A DNA stretch of 64,000 nucleotides from Candidatus Anaerofilum excrementigallinarum (GTDB lineage Bacteria > Bacillota > Clostridia > Oscillospirales > Ruminococcaceae): assembly GCA_019115305.1 (NCBI GenBank), contig DXDW01000130.1:49-64048 (forward strand), in the 5' to 3' direction. Made by a program: the position numbers and the translations under genes. This document shows positions 60,301 to 64,000 of the stretch, one piece after another (the first letter of the stretch is position 1; each line of letters starts with the position of its first letter). The notes beneath the pieces are model-generated. The model was not told where the DNA came from and searched no databases. It saw nothing but the letters and a program-made list of their open reading frames with translations.

Positions 60301-63300
60301 GGTTTGAGGTCGAAGTCGCGCACCACCCGGCAGAGCGCCCCGTACAGCAGATAGGCCAGGGAGTCGTCGGTGCGGGTAAAGACGGCTTCGGCCCGCTTTG
60401 CCAGCTCGTTTGTAAAGCCCTGGTGACAGGTCATGGCGCCCATCATCCAGGCCAGGGGGTAGACACTGGGCAGGTTTTGGGCGATTGCCTCATCCAGATG
60501 GCGGCGGATGAGGAAGTCGCAGAGGCTGTAATCCTCAAAGGGATCGGCCAGCAGAGCAGCCAGCTTTTCGCTGCCCATCTGCTGCTCCAGCTTGTCCAGC
60601 CAGCCCGCGGCATAGAATTCCGCCACAAAGGCGGCCTGCTGGCGGCGGCGCAAAGGCAGCAGCGAACCTCCGTCCCAGGCCGACAGCCACTGGACAAAGG
60701 CGGTCCGCTGGTCTGCGGGCAGAGCGACCAGCAGACGGAGAGCGCTGCGGCCGAAGCCCAGGTCCTCCAGATCCTGGACGGTGCACTGCAGTTCCCGGCC
60801 GGGCTGCTCCTGCCGCTCCCAGGCCTGGCGCAGCAAAGGCAGCCAGTTGGAGGTGAGCAGGGCCAGATAGCCCTCGCTGAGCCGCCGCACTTCGTCGGGG
60901 CTGCGGTTCTGCAGAGCAGACCGCACGTCGTTGTAGGCCGCCGTCACGTCGCTGACGTCCCGGGGAGAAACGCCCCCGGCGTTGGCGCGGTAGTATTCGC
61001 CGGTGGACCGGGTGAAATCGTAGTCGGGCGCCTGGCTGGTCTGGCTGTTGGAGATAAGCAGGGCGTCCAGCACGGCCAGCATCCGGGCATACTGCTTCTG
61101 ATCCCGGCGGTAATAGCTGGCGGCGTTGACCCCGGGCCGCACCGCCACCAGCTCCCGCAGGGTGCGGTGCAGCAGGGGCAGATAGCCCTCAAACCGGGTG
61201 CAGCACAGGTCATACAAAGCGTTGCAGATGCCGTGGTCGTTGGGGAAGACGGCCAGCATCTGGAACAGCACCGCGGCGGTCTCCTTCTGCTGACCGGCCC
61301 GGATGCCGTTGTAGGCCACAGCGTTGATCTGCTCCAGGCTGGGGCGGTTGCCGTCGGGCAGCACCAGCTCCAAAGTGATGCGGTTTTCGGTGGCCTGGGC
61401 CCACTGGGCCAGTTCCTCGGGGGTCTTGCCCGAAAGGCTGACAATCAGCTGGCTGTAATTCATTTTGACGATGGCGCTGCCCAGCAGGGCCAGCACATCC
61501 CGGGCCTGCTGCCAGCGGCCTTCCAGCAGCAGCCGCACTGCCAGCACCACCCCGATGTTGCTTCCGCCGGTGAGCAGGGCATTGCCGAACCGGTCCAGCA
61601 GATGCTCCACTGCCTGGTCAAACCCGGTCTTGACGGCGATGAGGGTCACCGCCCGCAAAGTGGCGTGGAACTCCTGCTCGGCAAGCTGTACCCGATCGCA
61701 GAGGCTCTGGGAGATATGCAGCAGCGCCTCGCTGCCGGCCCAGCGGTCAAAATAGTCGGGCTGGTCGGTGAGCCGCTCCTCCAGGAACTTGCGGCACTCG
61801 GTGCTCTGTCCGGGCTCGCTGCTGGCGGCCCAGCCTCCCAGGGTTTGCAGCAGCAGATCGTACTGCTGGTATTTTTCGCAGTATTCGGCGCATTCCCGCC
61901 AGACGCCCGCCCCGGCCCGGCTGGCCAGATACAGCAGTTTGGCATAGCTTTCGGGCACGTCCTGCAGGGGCAGGCGGGTGCACTGCTGCCACACCTGGGC
62001 GTTCTGGGGCCAGGCAAACAGCATGTTGACCACCGCGCCGCTGTTCTGCTCGGACAGCATCCGGGGCTCCCCTTCGGCCAGGGACGCCTGCAGCTGTACC
62101 AGCTCGCCGGCGTCGGCCACCGCCAGAATGCCGGCGAACCGGATGTATTCGTCGATCTCCTCCACGGTGCAGTCGCTGAGGACCTGCTTGAACAGATCCA
62201 GGTAGCCGGGCAGAGAGTCCTGCCAGCGGTCCTGGAGCTGGGTATAGATGATTTCGTCCAGCACCTTGCCGGTGATGTCGTTGCTCACATCGGCAAGCAC
62301 ACGCAGGGCATAGTCGGCGTAGCGCTGACGGCCCCGGGCCTTCTCGGCAAAATACAGGCAGAGGATGCTCTCGGCGCTGCGGTATTTTTCCACACACCGG
62401 GCGCAGAGACGGGCCGCCGGCTCCACCAGGGCGGGGTCAAACCGGCCCTCGGCAAAGACGCTGACCCAAAAACGCAGCACAAACAGGGCAAACTCCTGCT
62501 GCTGGACGCCCCAGGCCTCCAGCCGCTGCTGGAAATAGGCCACAATCTGCCCGGGCTGCTCCATGCGCCCGGCCAAATCGGCCAGCGGGGTGTATACGGC
62601 GGCATCGCCTCCCAGGCTCTGCTGTTCCAGCAGGGGCAGCAGCTGGGCCACGGCCGCGGGATCGGGGGGATAATCGGCGATGATCTTCCCTACTGCCGCG
62701 GCTTTCTGGCTGTCGGAAAGGGTGTCGTCGGCCTCCAGCTGCCTGACCCGCAGCAGACTCAGCTGCACCGACACCGCGGGCAGCCGCCCGTCGTACAGCA
62801 GCCGCAGCCGGCCCAGAATGGCCAGCTTTCCTGCGTCGTCGGACTGCTCCAGAGCAGCATTTTCCCCCTGGGCATACTGGTCGGACAGCTCCTGCAGCTG
62901 CCCTACCCCTAAAACATTGTAGATATACAGAGCCAAAGACAACTGACCGCCCTGCAAAGCCTCCTGCTGCAGCGCGGCCAGATCGGCCTGGCTTGCTGCG
63001 CCGCCGCCGGTGACCACCTGCCGCAGTTCGTCGGCGGTGAAGCTGTCCAGCCAGCCTTCAAAGTTTTCCAGCACCCGGCCCACGTCGGCAATGCGGCCGG
63101 CGGCCAGCAGGCTGGCGGTCAGCAGACCGCCCCACTGGCGGAACCAGTCGTCGGCCTGCTGCCGGCCGGCAAAATCCGACAGTCCGGGCAGCGGCCGCGG
63201 ATCGGCGGCATCCAGCTGCAGCCGGGCGATAAAGGCCTGCAGCTGACCGGGGCCATCCAGCTGCTCCTGGCCGCAGGCCTGCAAAAAGGCGGCGTAGCGG

Positions 63301-64000
63301 CCCCGGCGGAACAGCATGGAGAGATACTGCTCCCGGTGCTTGGTGCGCAGGGCTTCCGACCCCTGGAGCAGCTCGATCTGCAAAGATTCCTCCCCCATGG
63401 CCTGGTAAATGTCCCACAGGCATTCATCGGCGGCGGCATCGGGCTGGGCAAACCGGGCAAAAGCCTCGGCTACCCCCTTGTAGGTGCCGAAAAACCGCAT
63501 GCACCGGCGGGCGATGTCCACAGCGGTGGCGCCGTGGGGATAGTTATCCGACTGATAGACGCTGCCGATGGCATTGGCCAGCTGATCCGGCAGGCCGATT
63601 TCCTTGGCGTAGAGCGGGCTGGCATATTCCCGCAGGGTGCGGTCCAGCAGTACCACGCCCCGGACCAGAGGGTCATCCAGACAGCCGGCCAGCTGCAGCA
63701 GCTCGGTGCAGAACTCCCCCAGGGCCCCCGGCCGCCCGGCCGCCTGCTGCAGGCTGGCCCGGACGATGGCCTCGGTGTTCACCAAGGACAGACAATCCTG
63801 GAGATTGGCCCGGATATAGGCCGGGGCTGCGGCCATGCCGCCCTGTAGCAGCGCCACCAGATACAGCTTGCGGCAGCTGGTGTTTTCGGCATACAGGGAC
63901 TGGAAATGCTCGTACAGCTGGCAGCACTCCTGCCAGCGTTTTTCGTCGGCCAGCACCAGCAGCAGATGGGTGGCCACAATGCTCCGGTCCTGGGCCAGGC
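57315..64000 (-). CDS. Giant helical-repeat protein with Ig-like domain and C-terminal STAND-like ATPase; 5' end beyond the window (>2,228 aa)
   Basis: Frame stays open from 63977 to the edge (..LAQDRSIVATHL); FIGRKQE, LYGVRRTGKTT Walker A, LVIDEVD Walker B, GGLAW, wHTH-like end. Confidence 0.85.
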   Translation of the reverse strand, partial: LAQDRSIVATHLLLVLADEKRWQECCQLYEHFQSLYAENTSCRKLYLVALLQGGMAAAPAYIRANLQDCLSLVNTEAIVRASLQQAAGRPGALGEFCTELLQLAGCLDDPLVRGVVLLDRTLREYASPLYAKEIGLPDQLANAIGSVYQSDNYPHGATAVDIARRCMRFFGTYKGVAEAFARFAQPDAAADECLWDIYQAMGEESLQIELLQGSEALRTKHREQYLSMLFRRGRYAAFLQACGQEQLDGPGQLQAFIARLQLDAADPRPLPGLSDFAGRQQADDWFRQWGGLLTASLLAAGRIADVGRVLENFEGWLDSFTADELRQVVTGGGAASQADLAALQQEALQGGQLSLALYIYNVLGVGQLQELSDQYAQGENAALEQSDDAGKLAILGRLRLLYDGRLPAVSVQLSLLRVRQLEADDTLSDSQKAAAVGKIIADYPPDPAAVAQLLPLLEQQSLGGDAAVYTPLADLAGRMEQPGQIVAYFQQRLEAWGVQQQEFALFVLRFWVSVFAEGRFDPALVEPAARLCARCVEKYRSAESILCLYFAEKARGRQRYADYALRVLADVSNDITGKVLDEIIYTQLQDRWQDSLPGYLDLFKQVLSDCTVEEIDEYIRFAGILAVADAGELVQLQASLAEGEPRMLSEQNSGAVVNMLFAWPQNAQVWQQCTRLPLQDVPESYAKLLYLASRAGAGVWRECAEYCEKYQQYDLLLQTLGGWAASSEPGQSTECRKFLEERLTDQPDYFDRWAGSEALLHISQSLCDRVQLAEQEFHATLRAVTLIAVKTGFDQAVEHLLDRFGNALLTGGSNIGVVLAVRLLLEGRWQQARDVLALLGSAIVKMNYSQLIVSLSGKTPEELAQWAQATENRITLELVLPDGNRPSLEQINAVAYNGIRAGQQKETAAVLFQMLAVFPNDHGICNALYDLCCTRFEGYLPLLHRTLRELVAVRPGVNAASYYRRDQKQYARMLAVLDALLISNSQTSQAPDYDFTRSTGEYYRANAGGVSPRDVSDVTAAYNDVRSALQNRSPDEVRRLSEGYLALLTSNWLPLLRQAWERQEQPGRELQCTVQDLEDLGFGRSALRLLVALPADQRTAFVQWLSAWDGGSLLPLRRRQQAAFVAEFYAAGWLDKLEQQMGSEKLAALLADPFEDYSLCDFLIRRHLDEAIAQNLPSVYPLAWMMGAMTCHQGFTNELAKRAEAVFTRTDDSLAYLLYGALCRVVRDFDLKPVQLTYRVDNRKQLAIYETMHRLAGLFAGDSQQLAEAASGQLPVWDCLNLVLELLSTSRSDEVLRLASLLSRDNARLVRAVLFIMDDSGSDQEKMELVDEFADDVTRLYFCYVLKYPYNPFRPKGAIKISYCLQNLDMADQINRRYMQLVKTLAACNSDAIVDGRALLAHTILISNRCKEGARVPQKDPSLWSGRQRPGAEDDPAGHLPAYAEGLEPLAGVDPAALEEQHRAIQALASNLRRKRELSQRIYQASLAGGYRPQIEDALLLFGVDHYNLCLAEKDREAATETLFELATMLKGGAGEGYGAREARQAMPAALFDLLISFSSLQPLLDSYGSHRGLWQFMRGLLADPLQAACVGQIYQVLENLCSSYSYNGQENLEALRQALSDNYFALEKIETNRWMELKNRVQKLINDEINELDHRPVLDVQVFNKGLQDSEGHLYGMVTNIGQAAAEEVALQASYSNDTRSSQYLVRRILPGAQVVFEVDYSAGDAQQLDYFLNLAFQYNGKVSSQLARKGQLEIAPMPAPTYPDNILCSNANGIDFAVDPKTGEIYSPEFIGRKQETAALRGLVEGSSFAQYKSALLYGVRRTGKTTLLNYFATYITENCPDVICVKTDCQTLSAADCIQYVFVDRVIDIVQRQLPDLALSDGWERLRQTWSSGAFCADQHPERLSLFYYDVKQLIGDRGLYLVIDEVDRLFQRVEENHNLYQRNLDSLFGAISEMLNSTECRQCVHFVLCGSNWLIRYNLKGDKVNQLFQRFGKQVIEIGKLPEEDAKALIRTPYRAYPELVITASAMDWIWGYVGGLAWHTKLLGEEAIKRAKQDYRSVVYPSDVQQSLPKVVNEQWCKQFYEGCEGRTEYQLLDAMQSLASKREGYVHLNSLCQRLGWEPVEVQKAMVVLRELKVVAQHPADQKLFRFELDIYRRFFRTCPSQFEQMPEEPDIFQKKQDLSTAAAPAAQPVSAAPTAPAAPVVQPAAGLSSDEEEWDPFSDT

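Noticed and set aside
57246-62912. 1,888-aa plus-strand ORF antisense to the giant NTPase (also 54526-57270, 12284-15418, 36319-39003 and similar)
   Set aside because: Shadow ORFs expected from GC-rich codon bias on the real strand; no RBS or recognisable motifs, and the pattern occurs opposite almost every gene here
63975-63977. GTG start of the 2,220-aa ORF
   Set aside because: Frame is open to the window edge and there is no RBS; the real start lies upstream

Overview
GC-rich chromosomal segment of a Clostridia-type, probably spore-forming Firmicute (gene content and order suggest Oscillospiraceae/Ruminococcaceae; this is inference). Bases 1-54.7 kb are mostly housekeeping: ctpA-like S41 protease, ftsEX, CdaR/PucR regulator, rsuA, coaX, two OmpR-type two-component systems (one looks like a clostridial lipoprotein-walR-walK locus), spoVD-like PBP, murD, glutamine synthetase III, a complete FASII cluster (acpP-accBCDA-fabH-fabK-[FabX-like flavoprotein]-fabD-fabG-fabF-fabZ plus MarR regulator), LCP protein, cinA, thiI-iscS, degV, fhs, tRNA-Val(GAC), pgsA-rimO-recX-recA, prmC. 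The last 9.2 kb carry the most unusual element: a minus-strand operon of two STAND-like P-loop NTPases. One is a giant (>2,228 aa, cut by the window edge) helical-repeat + Ig-like + C-terminal ATPase protein. The other is an 808-aa protein with an N-terminal ATPase, an N/Q/G-rich amyloid-like motif, a HEPN-like RNase motif (RNQADH) and an S1/OB-like tail. Together they are a candidate undescribed NLR-like immunity/conflict system. Other signals read directly from the DNA: unannotated small membrane ORFs, a DnaA-box-like cluster in the coaX leader, a WalR-type box at the LCP promoter, an 18-bp operator palindrome at the fab promoter, sigma-E-like promoters and a duplicated double-hairpin element. 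I saw no CRISPR array, transposase or integrase. All domain calls come from reading motifs by eye, not from database searches.
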